DNA of 64,000 bases from Neoechinorhynchus agilis (lineage: Eukaryota; Animalia; Acanthocephala), in NCBI GenBank assembly GCA_051530055.1, contig CM121341.1:13556784-13620783 (forward strand), in the 5' to 3' direction. The stretch's first letter is position 1. Each line of letters opens with the position of its first letter. The position numbers and the translations under genes were made by a program. This document shows, piece after piece, positions 35,143 through 47,000 of the stretch. The notes below the pieces were generated by a model that ran no database searches, was not told the DNA's origin, and saw only the letters and a program-made list of their open reading frames with translations.

Positions 35143-37839
35143 ATGCCTAAAATCTTAGTCATCTGTGATCAATTGCCGATAAAGGTTGAACAATACGATT
35201 CAAACACTGATTCACCACATGAAAAGTTCAAAATCGATCGAACAAGTGCTGGTCCAGCTGTTCCATTTCGAAGTCTTCATGATTATGATGTCGTATTTAT
35301 TGGTTCCATAAACATTATGGTGGAAGACGAAGACGATCAAAAGCAATTGGCAGACCTTTTGGCACACGAAAAGATGATGCCTGTATTTTTGACTCAATCG
35401 GAATATCAAGCATTCCACAATGGATTCGCTAAGCGGACAATTTGGCCTCATTTTCACTACTTTACTCAGATAACCACATACACTGACTCAAAATACGAAG
35501 AATATTACGGATTTAATCGCCGTTTTTACGATGTAATCCTCCGTAACTGCATAAACGATGACCAAGCTCAGTACATCTGGATTCACGACTACCATTTTCT
35601 ACTTTTGCCGAAAATGCTAAGAAAAAAAATAGACCACGTTGGAATCGGATTTTTCCTTCATATTCCATTTCCATCCTACGAAGTGTTCAGAACTCTTCCA
35701 TGGAGGAAAGATCTCCTTTTCGGCATACTCGGTGCTGATTACGTTGCTTTTAATACAAACGCATACCTTGAACACTTCCTTGAAACGGTGAAACAAATAT
35801 GTGGAATACGGTCGGTCAACAGTCGAATTCCAATAGGGAATCGAGTTGTTTCAGTCGGTTTCTATCCCATGGGTATTGATTATGATCTCTACGCTGGACT
35901 CGATAAATCCATAAACAATCACTGACATTTTGATTTCAATAGAACGCGAGGTCTTAAAGTGAATATCGAGATCAATGTCATGTGAAGTACAACCATGCTG
36001 TCTTGGTCCTGATTGGAGTCTAAGCGGTTTAAACGAAAATGGTGCTAGGACAATCCTATCGATCCAAAGTCTCGATTACACAAAGGGAATAAAGCAACAA
36101 TTGAAAGCTTATCAACATTTCCTTGAAGAGTTTCCTCAATATAAAGGACTGATAACTCTCGTTCTGATTGTATTGCCCGCTGTTCATTTTATTTCCGAAT
36201 ATAAGAGCCTTAAAGAGGATATCGAAATTACCGTGACTAAAGTTAATTCTAAAGTTGGCGGTGTTCATTGGTCGGCTATTCATTACATAACAAGACCCTT
36301 CGATATTTCTGAGATAATTACTTTGTATCGAGAAACTGACATTTGTCTTTGTATGCCATTGCGCGATGGCATCAATTTAAGAGCTAAGGAGTTTGTAGCG
36401 TCGAAGCATGAAATGAATCGTGGAGTTCTCATACTAAGTGAAATGAGTGGGTCAGCTGAACAGATGGAGGATGCGTTGGTTGTAAATCCAAACGATAGAA
36501 CCGAAACGGCTAACGCTTTTTTCAATGCAGTTCAGATGAGCGAAGATGAACAGATTACGAAACTGAGAGCTTTGCAAGAAAATGTGAGACTCTATGATGC
36601 CCACAAATGGGCTTCCATGATTATGAGGGGATTGCAAGAAGCAATAGATAATAATAAAACAAATAAATCGTTTCAGCTGACAAATGAATCGATTCTCCAA
36701 GAAATGGTTGAGAATTTCAAGCGTGCACATAGGCGGTTGCTACTTCTGAAATACGATGGAACTTTGGTGGCACTCAGTAGAAATCCTGACGACGGCAGTC
36801 CCGATATGTGGCTAAAATCCAATCTGAGGAAACTTTGTAGTGATCCCAGAAATCAAGTAGTCGTTGTCAGCGGTACGCTCACGGTAATCACATGTCGCAA
36901 TCTGAAATAACGTGTCAGAATTATTATTATACCTATAAAAGTATCACATAGAATCTCATTTTATAGCAAAACCGGTTGGGTTTTGTACTTATTCTTTGAC
37001 AAACAATTTTATGAACTAATATGAAAGTTATCATCGAAATAGAAATATATTTCTTTAGTTAAATACAGTTGAGTGTCACTTTGCTCATTCTCATAATATT
37101 CACTGGGTTGCAATTTTTTTATTACAGCTAACCGTAAGGCGCTATAATCGATGAAATATTGATATTATTTATTTAATAACTTTTGTGATTGTTGTGACTT
37201 AGAGACAAGAGCACATTGAATGAATGGCTCGGTTCTGAACCTAACCTCGACTTGGCCGGCGAGGACGGCGTTTGGATTAGGGTAGAAGACGTTTGGAATT
37301 GTGCTGTTAATAATACAGACTACGTGGACGTTGAAAAATGGAAAGAGGAAGTGAGGGAGCTCCTTGAGAAGCTATGTTCATCTACTCCAGGAACCCGGAT
37401 TGAAGAACGGGCCTTCGCACTTTTATGGCACTATCGTGGAGTGGAACGAGATTCGGTGAATATGCGGTTGCGAAATTTTGATTCAAAATTGAAACGCCTA
37501 GCAAAAAAGTACGACCTTCAATGCGTGAGAGGAAACAACTTAATAGAGATTCGACCCAGTAGTATTAAAAAAGGACATGCTGCGATAAAGTGGTTAAGGG
37601 CGCTGAATGCTAAAGAAGCCGCTAATGCAATTACGGGACTCCAGTGGGATTTTATTTTGGCTATAGGAGACGACTCGACTGATGAGGACACCTTTGAGGT
37701 TGTAAATGCGGCTGACCGAACTGCTTATACGGTTAAAGTTGGCGGGTTTGGTGGCGGTGAGCACACTGCTGCTCGGTTTGCACTTTCTAACGTTGCGCGA
37801 GTTCGGTGTGTGATTGAGACGCTTATTAATTCGGGTTAG
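35143..37839 (+). CDS. Fused trehalose-6-phosphate synthase (GT20)/phosphatase (HAD-IIB) of bacterial type, spliced, with catalytic residues substituted
   Basis: WIHDYH, GFFLHIPFPSYEVFRTLPWR, PMGIDY, LDYTKGI, LRDGINLRAKE, ILSEMSG, NPND, YDGTL, TPG..IEE...L.WHYR, GDDSTDEDTF, YTVKVG. Coding blocks 35143-~35896, ~36020-36872 and ~37205-37839; the junctions are only partly resolved. Confidence 0.9.
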
Positions 37840-38919
37840 GGAGAATCGATTGAATAAGATATCTGTTGAATGATAGTTATCGACACGTCTGGATGTAATG
37901 ATTCAAAATGGATTCTTTAATGCCAGGAAAAGCTTCAGGCGAAACCCAGATAATCACATTTAAAATATTGATTTTTTAAAGTGAGCTGACAAATTTTGTC
38001 TATTTCAAAACTTTGTAGTAATTAAAATGAATGATGCCGCAGCAAATGATTTCATTCAAAATCAGCTATCTTGAAAATAACAAAGATATCGTTGATTTAA
38101 AAACCCCTCATCCTCACGATGACGAAGGAGGATCATAGCCAATAGGTGTAAACGGAGAAGAGGGTGGCATACGACCACCCATTGTTTTAAGGATCCTATT
38201 ATCCTTTGTTGAGAGAGAGCAATTGCTCTCAAATTTTGGGTCACGCCCAAATAATGGCACGTTTTATTTGAACCAGGGAAAATACAAGCCAAAGAACCAT
38301 GAACCTCAGATATCTAGTGAAACTTCTATGGATTTCTAGGGATTATTTGTGTTTTTAATGTTTCATCTTTGCTGCCCCAAAACGTTGAGTTGTTAGGTTG
38401 TTGTTTTCCGCTCCTTCATCCAAAACGATTCGCAGATATCGCCCAACAATAAGAGTTCCTTCCAAAGTCAAAATCATTAATCGATAACCGAGAAGAATAT
38501 TTATCCTATCCTACAAAATCATGGCCGTTCACAATCAAATTTTCTAGCTATGGGCGTTTTCTTTCCAAAACGACGGTATTTAAAAGATTGATAATCTGAC
38601 TTACTACGCTGGAGCGATGAGAATATATTTGACCAGCTATAACCGGTTGGCAAACCTTCGATACTTCTCGAAGTCGAAGCTTCTAAACGGTATTTACGCA
38701 TTCTTATCAGTATCCTAGAAACTCCAATGTCTTGTATTGATGTTCAATTGCCGGATCAAATTTATCTTAAACTCCAGAAAATTGGGTTAACCAATATCGA
38801 TAGCGACGGTGGAGCAATCCACATAAATACGCGATCAATTGTGTACTGAATCATCATGTGCCTTTTAATTAGTTTGAAATTCGTTTTTTTATTAAAGTCG
38901 GGTAGTGCACAATTTGATT

Positions 38920-39290
38920 ATATCTTTGTGCTCGCCGATCTGGGCCAGGGAAGCGCTTGAAATAACCTAAAACCCTTAACAATACGGTTATGAGTTTGTA
39001 CATCATTCCAGATCCTCAGATACCTCCAGGAGGTGGGTCTCATATGTAAGTTTCCTCCAGGAACTAGCTCCCGATCCCAGTTTGGGTCAAAGAGTTCGAA
39101 TCCGTTACCGCTGATGACGTACAACCAAAGGGGACGAATTACCGATGAAGGGAGGAAACTGAGGTCTGAGGATCCATAAGGATGTTCAAACTCATAACCG
39201 TGTGGTTCAGGATATTAAGTGATTTTATGCGCTTCCCTGACCTAGATCGGTGGGCTGTGTGCCCAAGGAAAATTATCAGCTATGTAGCCA
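38920..39290. mobile_element. Foldback element, family 1: about 110-bp inverted arms enclosing a tRNA-derived segment
   Basis: Left arm CCGATCTGGGCCAGGGAAGCGC...ACGGTTATGAGTTTG.ACATC...GATCCTCAGA mirrors the right arm TCTGAGGATC...GATGTTCAAACTCATAACCGT...GCGCTTCCCTGACCTAGATCGG. The centre contains GTTCGAATCCGTTACCGC. Confidence 0.85.
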
Positions 39291-40065
39291 CACAAAGTTA
39301 CTGGAAAGTTACCGGCTGGCCAGACTTTAAAAATATGTTTAAATGATGCCACTGGTGCCAACAATGCTATTTATTTACTCCTCCAATCATTTTTCACTGT
39401 GCGGAATTAGATCAGACGTCGTGAAAATGCCCAAATGTGAACAAGAAACGATACGCAAATTGCAAAAGACAGCGGGTGTCTTTCCATAGGGATCGTCCGG
39501 AATTCAAAAAGTACTGAGCGTGAGCACAAAACACAAAAAAACCAATGGACACAAAGCAATACCGTTCATCGAGGGCAATCGTCTGTTCTTACGCCTTTTT
39601 CCTCCAGGAACACTACGTTATCCAATTCAATATACCCTAAGCAAAATATCAACTTTTTACCTTAGACCACGAGGAACGGCGTTTGTAGGAAGTTTGTAAT
39701 AGACAACTCACAATAATGAAAACACGATTTACAGAGGCAACTATGATTTTTGAGAGAAAATTAAACGCTCTGATTGGAAATCTGGTGAATCTACCCTACT
39801 GCCATTTCAATGTTCACACTGAAGCTTTTAAGCTAAATCTACCCCAAGCCGAATCTTTTCTGTTGAATGTGTATGAAAGTTTTTATCAGTCGATTTCGAT
39901 AGGCTATTGAATTTACCAGGAACAACAAACAGTTTACCTTTTGATGCGCGGATCTTTGAGTAAAGATTGTATACTTTCCATAACTGTATCTGGCGTAAAA
40001 ATTAAAAGAATTTTTTGATTCCAATATTTCGGCACAATCTTGTGCCAACACTTAAACAACCTTGA

Positions 40066-40540
40066 TTAAGGCATCAAAGGAATACACCTGCTCTTGAGTC
40101 TTCGGTTGCCTCTATCAATTTCTTCGAGACATCCTGGAGCAGAGAGAGTGTCGAGCTGCCGAGCGCTCCATACGTCTCTACCCCAAAGGGGACAAAATAA
40201 TGAGCCCTCGATAACTGAATATATTTCCGTATTTTCCTCCCTTCCGCTGCACTGGCGGCACCACTGGCAATTTCGAGGGAGTAGCGGATGTTGCTGGCTG
40301 CGAGGGTGTCCACACACGTGGCGTCCCAGAGAAGGCATTTGCCCTCCCGCCACGGGAAGACCGAAATTCCATCGGGCCTACGGCCGTCTAGTCGACAAAG
40401 GTGGGCGGGTTCCAGGATGTTCGGGAAGTTCGCCGTTCTCAACGCCCGAGAAATTGCGTTATTGATTTCAGATTGGCGTGAGAACCTTCCTCCTGACCTT
40501 CTGCATACGAGACCGTGTCGCCCGAAAGCATCAACCAAAG
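40066..40540 (-). mobile_element. CRE-like retrotransposon endonuclease fragment, 5'-truncated
   Basis: HGLVCRRSGGRFSRQ, EPAHLCRLDGRRPDG, PWREGKCLLWDATC, AEGRKIRKY, FVPFGVETYG. Confidence 0.85.
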
Positions 40541-40732
40541 ACCTACATCGACAGACTATTTCCTACGAAAAAAAAGATCGAAATATAAGTTACCAATGTA
40601 CTGAAGTGACCGAATCCTTGGCGTGGGTCTCATCGACGTTTTTTTCGAAAAATGGTTATCAAATAAGATTCGAACATTTTGAATATGAAACTATTTTTAA
40701 AATGTCGATATGTGAGGTACCAAGGAATGTGA

Positions 40733-40841
40733 TTGGAATTATTATTTAACCCGGTAAATGAATATTTATTAAAGACGTTTCGAACTTAACGTCTTTAATA
40801 AATAATCATTTACCGGGTGTAGACCTATACAATAATTCCAA
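40733..40841. mobile_element. Shorter copy of foldback family 2, inverted relative to the copy at 5081-5254
   Basis: TTGGAATTATT...CCCGGTAAATGA...TAAAGACGTT and AACGTCTTTA...TCATTTACCGGG...AATAATTCCAA. The left flank is the reverse complement of the right flank of the 5.2-kb copy. Confidence 0.85.
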
Positions 40842-41336
40842 AACTATTTTTGTTTCTGGGTGTTTTTGATCTTCTTTATGGAAAGAAGCACAGAACCACA
40901 CTGAACATGTTTTCTAAACAAACCATGAGGAAGAAAGCTGTATTGTCAATAAAGCATGATTTCGCGAACCTCGGCTTCCCTTATGATTTTACACTTCCTT
41001 TGATCGTTGCTTAGCTCCTTTGATGAAAGAAAAAAGAGTTTAGGGTAAGCGAGCATCTTGTATGATTCATTGAGCCAGCGCTTCCAAGTTCTAGTTGGTT
41101 TAAGTAAACCAAAGAATTTGAATTTGCATTTAATCTAGCTTTGAAGCTATATTTTGTCAGACGTTGCCATTCGGAACGTAATTGACTTTTGCTACGTTCG
41201 CAGCTTTCCTAGTTTAGAAAAAGTTCTTGCACCCAACTACTTTGCTGTTCTGAGAAATATTGTGCTTTTCGCTCTTCGACGTACAAAAGATTGCAGTTTC
41301 ATTAGGTGCTTAGTTTTAGACGATTGGGATTTAAAA

Positions 41337-43896
41337 ATGACGAACGAAGAAGCTATTTCTAAGGACGAACTCGCTTTAAAGCTTAAATTAATGAATTTGA
41401 AATACGACGAGGTAGTGCGATTTCGTGCACAAAAGTTCTTTTCTGAGACTACTCGGTTGTAGGAGAAACGAAAAGTAGATGAAATAAGGATAAAACACTG
41501 CGATCTGAAGAAAGAAAATATAAAATTAATTGTAAGTATTAATTCATTTCGGTTTAATTTATTTTTGTCGTTAAATTAGGAACAAGTGGAAGTGTACGAA
41601 AATCAAATGAGATTCGGTGAATTTAAAACCGAACGCGCAAATGGGTATAGTGATTTGGTAAAGACTTTAAAGGCAGAATTGGAAGCTTATAAAAAACTTT
41701 CTGAACAAGTAGGATTTCTAGACGGTTGATTTAGCCTTAGCAAAATGAAGATAAAAGTTGTTTAGATTTAGCGAGGAGCAGCGATGCGTCCGATGTGAAA
41801 ACCGATTGCATCGATCTATATCGGAAAAGTCCGTTCAGACTGATAATTGCAGCGGATGTACCAAACGTGTTACCAGTTTCATTTTCCGGTGTTGTCACTG
41901 ATGAAGTCTTGTTTGAAAAGCAAGCAAAATTAAGCTTTCCATAAATATTAGGACAAAATCTACCCGGCATAGTTGTTATTGTTGTATATTAATTTAATCA
42001 AATTTACGTAAAATCACTAATTTGATGGTCTAAAATCTTGCATTCGGGTTACCTATGCTCATAATACCTCGCTTCGAAATTGCGACGTTTCTACAAACTT
42101 TTAACGTATAAAAATTTTCAGACCTAGATGCTTTTATAAGAGTAGCCCGGTGGCAAAAATTCCACATAAAATCTAATTTTTATTGGCGAATAAATTGTCA
42201 AATTTAAATATCCACAAATAAGTCTTCTTTTATTCAAAAAATTACCTCTCGTTTGTCCAACGAAAATATCTATGAAGAAACTGAATTCACTAGACGAAAA
42301 CAATTTAAGTTTAAAAAGCAATAATAAAAAATCGTGTCCCATTTTTTATTCATTGTCAGCAATTACTTCACAAATGTTTATGCAATCAAAGTTTTTAGAG
42401 TAGATAAATACTAAGTGTGAATGCGTAATATTTTTCAATGCATATGCCGAATTTTTTTAGGTTTATTGTAATATCATTGTTCTTGATACAAAGATAAGCC
42501 AAACGATTATGATGGCCCGTTTTTCGTCGAAATCGACATTAATGAGTTGAAGTTTAGATTGTAATATCTTATTACGATTAAAAAAATAATTATCGTTTAT
42601 ACCATATACAAATAAGATTGCATCGCAATATCCAAATATTCAATTCTCAGATATGTAAAAGACCTCAATGCGCATTAAAGGTAAATTCCTTAGATTTGCA
42701 GGCACTCTGGACTGTTTCGCGTTATAGCCGGCCTATTCACTAATATACGAATTTTTAAACCAATTTATCGAGTGCACGAGTATCAGCAGTGTTGCGGATG
42801 TCCTTGAAATGAACGGCGATTACTTTAAGGACGAAATTAGCTACTATATAAAACCAGATTCATGCGAGTGCTTATACGAAAACATCGTGATTGAAATATG
42901 TCGTATATATGTTCAATGGACGCCGAGAGGTGATGAATCCAGCGAACGAAGAGCAATATTGTTCTTTACACAAATTCTTGGATTCTTAGAAGGCGAGTCC
43001 GGACAAACGGGGTACTTTATGTTATCCTGAGAGCTATGTTCACCTTTGGCAATAAGAAAAAAATATCATCACAAGTGGAATCAATTAGCTTCGGAAGTGG
43101 GGAGTGTAATCACACTGTAGTCTTGTTAAGTTACTAGAGGATTAATGGTAGAAAGTGAGGCACTAATCGCATTGTATTCTTGAACAGTTACTTTTATTAG
43201 TTGGCAATACGAAAATCGTTTTTCGCCATTTCTCGATCTTAAATAAGACTGCTGATTTTTGGATAGTACCCAACGAATTCCACTTTCATAGAAATTCGAC
43301 TTTAAATCGACATCAACAATTGAGCTGTAAGGGTGTTTGATAGCTTCTAGAAAGTATAACATTCATCGTTTGTTTGCTAAAATTTAACATTAGGAACCAA
43401 AAAGATTCTTATTTGATAAATTTCTTTACCTTCCTCGCAGGTGGAAAAGGACGAATAATGGAATCTGATTGCTCGATCGAATACCCACTTCAATTGCTGA
43501 TCCTTTCACTTCAATCGTTGGTCCAAACCACACCTACCGAATATGAACCCAATGACCTTTTACGACTTTCTCGCGAATGCAGTGGACGTGCAATGAAATA
43601 CAGACTAAAAGTTAAGGATTTGGAAATGCAACTTGAATTAAAAGAGGAAATGACGAACCAATTACAATCCAGAGTTTCGGACCATGTGAATGATATTAAA
43701 TTGCTATCAGTAAGTGTTCATCCCATTTTTTTACGATGCCACTTTAATATAAAATTGGTAGGAACAACTAAGTAATTGTAGAATGAAATACGAGGAGCAA
43801 ATGACGCTGATGAGCGATCACCTGACGGAAATGGTATCAAGAGTTTCTGATCAGATGAATGAAATCGATAGATTGAAAAATCAGCTAAGATTGTAA
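41337..43896 (+). CDS. PPP1R21: PPP1R21 (FERRY Fy-2/KLRAQ)-like coiled-coil protein, multi-exon; middle exons uncertain
   Basis: The 52-nt intron 43710-43761 gives DIKLLSEQLSNCRMKYEEQMTLMSDHLTEMVSRVSDQMNEIDRLK, matching the PPP1R21 C-terminus as recalled (NISRLQDEL..TKRSYEDQLSMMSDHL.SMNE.LSKQREEIDTLK). The N-terminal coiled-coil exons are joined by GT-AG introns of about 48-57 nt. Confidence 0.65.
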
Positions 43897-44096
43897 TCAT
43901 GTGTATGGCTATGCGGTTCCGGTAAAATGGATAGATGTGATCATCGCTATTAGCTGCCCTGCGGAATGACAGCTTCACTATCATAGTCTGCAATCTGAAT
44001 TTCAATCGAATTTCAAAATGCACTCCGGGCACGCTATGAATAAAGCCACTGGCCACTTATTTACCACAAGACCAAGCATTGTCGCACCACAACACA

Positions 44097-47000
44097 TCAA
44101 GGACGGTCACCAAAAAGTTTATCCGTTTCCTTTTTGATAGTTTGAGCCTCCTTGATGATTTCTTCGAGTTCCTTAGTGTAGGTATTAACGAGGTTACTGG
44201 TGAACCGCGCTCTATTGATATGATCATATCCCATTCCGCCCAGTGACTGGAATCGTTTACTGAGGATTTGGCACATTTGTATAACAGAATCAGACCAGCA
44301 TTTTGATTTAGGAAGCGTTTGTACAGGATCGATGTCTTTTAGGCTTTCACAGAATTTAAGATTGTTTCCGGTTGAAATGAACGTTAAGCCACCACCGACG
44401 AATTCAGCACCTTTATTTGATTTCAAAGACAACTTAAATGCATGTCGAAGGCGGTCATAGAGGCCATCATATATTGTACCATACGCTGAATGTGGATCTA
44501 ATGCAAACGGCTTTCTTTAAAGATCATTATCGAAAACGTTTGCCTCTGTATGATAGTTCTAGATTCCGTTAGAAGCCTTACAAGAGCGTATGAAACATTT
44601 CTTTTCTCTCTAAAAGTCCTCTGATGGCAATCAAAAAAAGCGACTATTCCATTTTCACCCATGAACAAACTCTGTATTATCATCAGACTGAGAGCCTTTT
44701 GAAGACGGTCGATAATTTTAAGAATATCATCGGGCGAGTACTTGCAAAGTAGCACACTGGTGAGATGTATAACATCAAACACGAATCTTTGTTCACGCAC
44801 TTTTCCAAATGAACGTTCATTTCCTACAGAAATCCGTGTTAGTCTTCTACACAGATGGGAGTATATTTTTTTGACGAGAGCCTCGTCCAAATGTGAATAA
44901 AGGACACACTCACAGAATAGAATAGCGTCGTGTTCAGTGGGTCGCGATGAGAATAGTTTTTGAAACATTGGTATGATCAAGCCCTCTGTTGATGGCATTT
45001 GGATTTGGGAATTAGGAAGAGAAGCTTGCTGAGCTAAAGCACATAATGTTGTCACACAAGCACCGCGATTAGCTGCAACGTCCATCAGGGAACCGCAAAT
45101 TTTTTGTTGTCGTTTTGTCAATTCAATATCCACTCCCAAAACACGAGTGGCAAGAAGAGCCAAAAGTTGAAGCGAATACGGCACAAAGTCAACTATGTCT
45201 TCGTCGATTATTTTTAACAAAAGCAAAACCAAGTCAGTAAGGTTCGTGATGTGATCGCTGTATGAACCGACGATTAGCGCTAAAATCTCGAATGCGTAAT
45301 GATTGAACAATGGCTTTCGAATGTTCGTTATACTGTTCTCAATGAGAGCCGTCATACTCGCAGTGATTCGAACGTGGAGCATTTGAGTGGCCGGTAGTTC
45401 CGTTTGACAGGTGACGCTGCATCGAAGTAAAGCTTTGAGTGCGTACTCGTTAGCAGATAAACTCTTGAGAAATTTTTGGAATTGCAGGAATACGTAAAAA
45501 CACAAATCAAATATTGCTACTACAAAGCAATGAGCATTTTTTGAAATTGCCACCAAAAGTGCGCGACTCGTTGATTAAAAGAAAAAATGTTTTAAAGAGT
45601 AGGACTAAGGTGCGGTTTTTGGGTATGATCAAGATTAACATTTCCGAAGAACGGTTAGCGCCAAAATTAATTATTTAAGCCCTATTTTCGGTTTAATTAA
45701 AGTCAAAATCAAGAGTTCATCCTTTATCAGGTTTCCGTTCGCTTGCGCAAATTAGCGCCACCACGAGATCAGATAAGAATGGGCTAATCTCGTCCACAGT
45801 GAAAAGGACCTTTTCAGTTGTCTCAAGAGGCGATGAAGTCATCGCCAACAGACGTTCAAGAGTATGGCACGCCGCAGCCGAGAGAGCGTAAGAAACAGAA
45901 ACCGAACTGACGTTGGGACTTATGAGCCGGATCAAATAAGGCATTGATTCAAGGAGAAGTGGTTTTCCAAGGATATATCTGAATTCGGCCAGATATTTCA
46001 TAGCATCCATTTTAAGAATAGGATTTGGATCCACGGAGCATTCCGTGACCAAATGGGTCTTTAGAGATTCTGTGAAAAATCTAGGGATATCGATTGATGT
46101 TGATGCGCGCACTACTCCATGTTTGGCAGTTTGTCCCCTTCGTGCAATACAAATCACAAGAAAGGTGGCAACGTCTTTTTGTTTCCAATTGACAGAAGAT
46201 TGATTGTATTCAGTGAGAAGAGCCTCAACGTACTGACCAAAGACTCCAATGACCTGTGCCTCCATTTTATGACAAAAAGCATCAATGAGTCTAGCAGCAC
46301 AACCTCGTATAGAATCAGTGTCAGTTGCTGAAGACATCTCGAATTCCTTTTTGATTAAATCTTCAACGTTTTCATCTAAAAGATCTTCGTCCCGTGGCAC
46401 AATACATGGGATTATGACGTTCTCGCAGATATTCCTTAATGCTCCTTCCTCACTCATTGCAGCAGCAAATGTATCATAGGCGGCAACATCGGTTAAGAAT
46501 TTCAGAGCTGCGCAAATCATCTGCTCATGAATGCTGCTCATAAATTCATTCAAAATCACCGTCGCATTTGATAAGGCCTTCCATACAGCATCTATACATG
46601 CGCGGGCGTATTGGATAAATTCCTGGTAGTTACGGACCAATAAGCCGGCACAATTGCATGTTGCGATTAAGGCCTCTTCTATTTCGTCAATATTGTCAAG
46701 ATTTGAATTCGGGTTAAGACCCAGCACGACCAGAAATCCTTTAGAGTATGTATCGAGGTTATCCTCGACGTGGTCTAGTGCAAAGACTCGAGAACAATTT
46801 TAGGCTAACAATTATAAAAAGTATTTTGGCGATATGCGATCCAGCAGCTTCCTGTTGCAGCGAATCAGCGCGGCGATCCAACGCGGCAATGCCGCGGCCA
46901 TCAAGGAAGCTGCCGAACAAACATAACATTTGAAGAAAACGAAACTATATTGACAGGATAGAATATTTTTGCGAGCAATGGAAAACTAAGAAAACCTGAG

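Noticed and set aside
35143-37839. Bacterial contamination as the explanation for the TPS-TPP gene
   Set aside because: It is interrupted by an AT-rich GT-AG intron, has no operon neighbours and matches the composition of the flanking animal genes; read-level confirmation is still needed.
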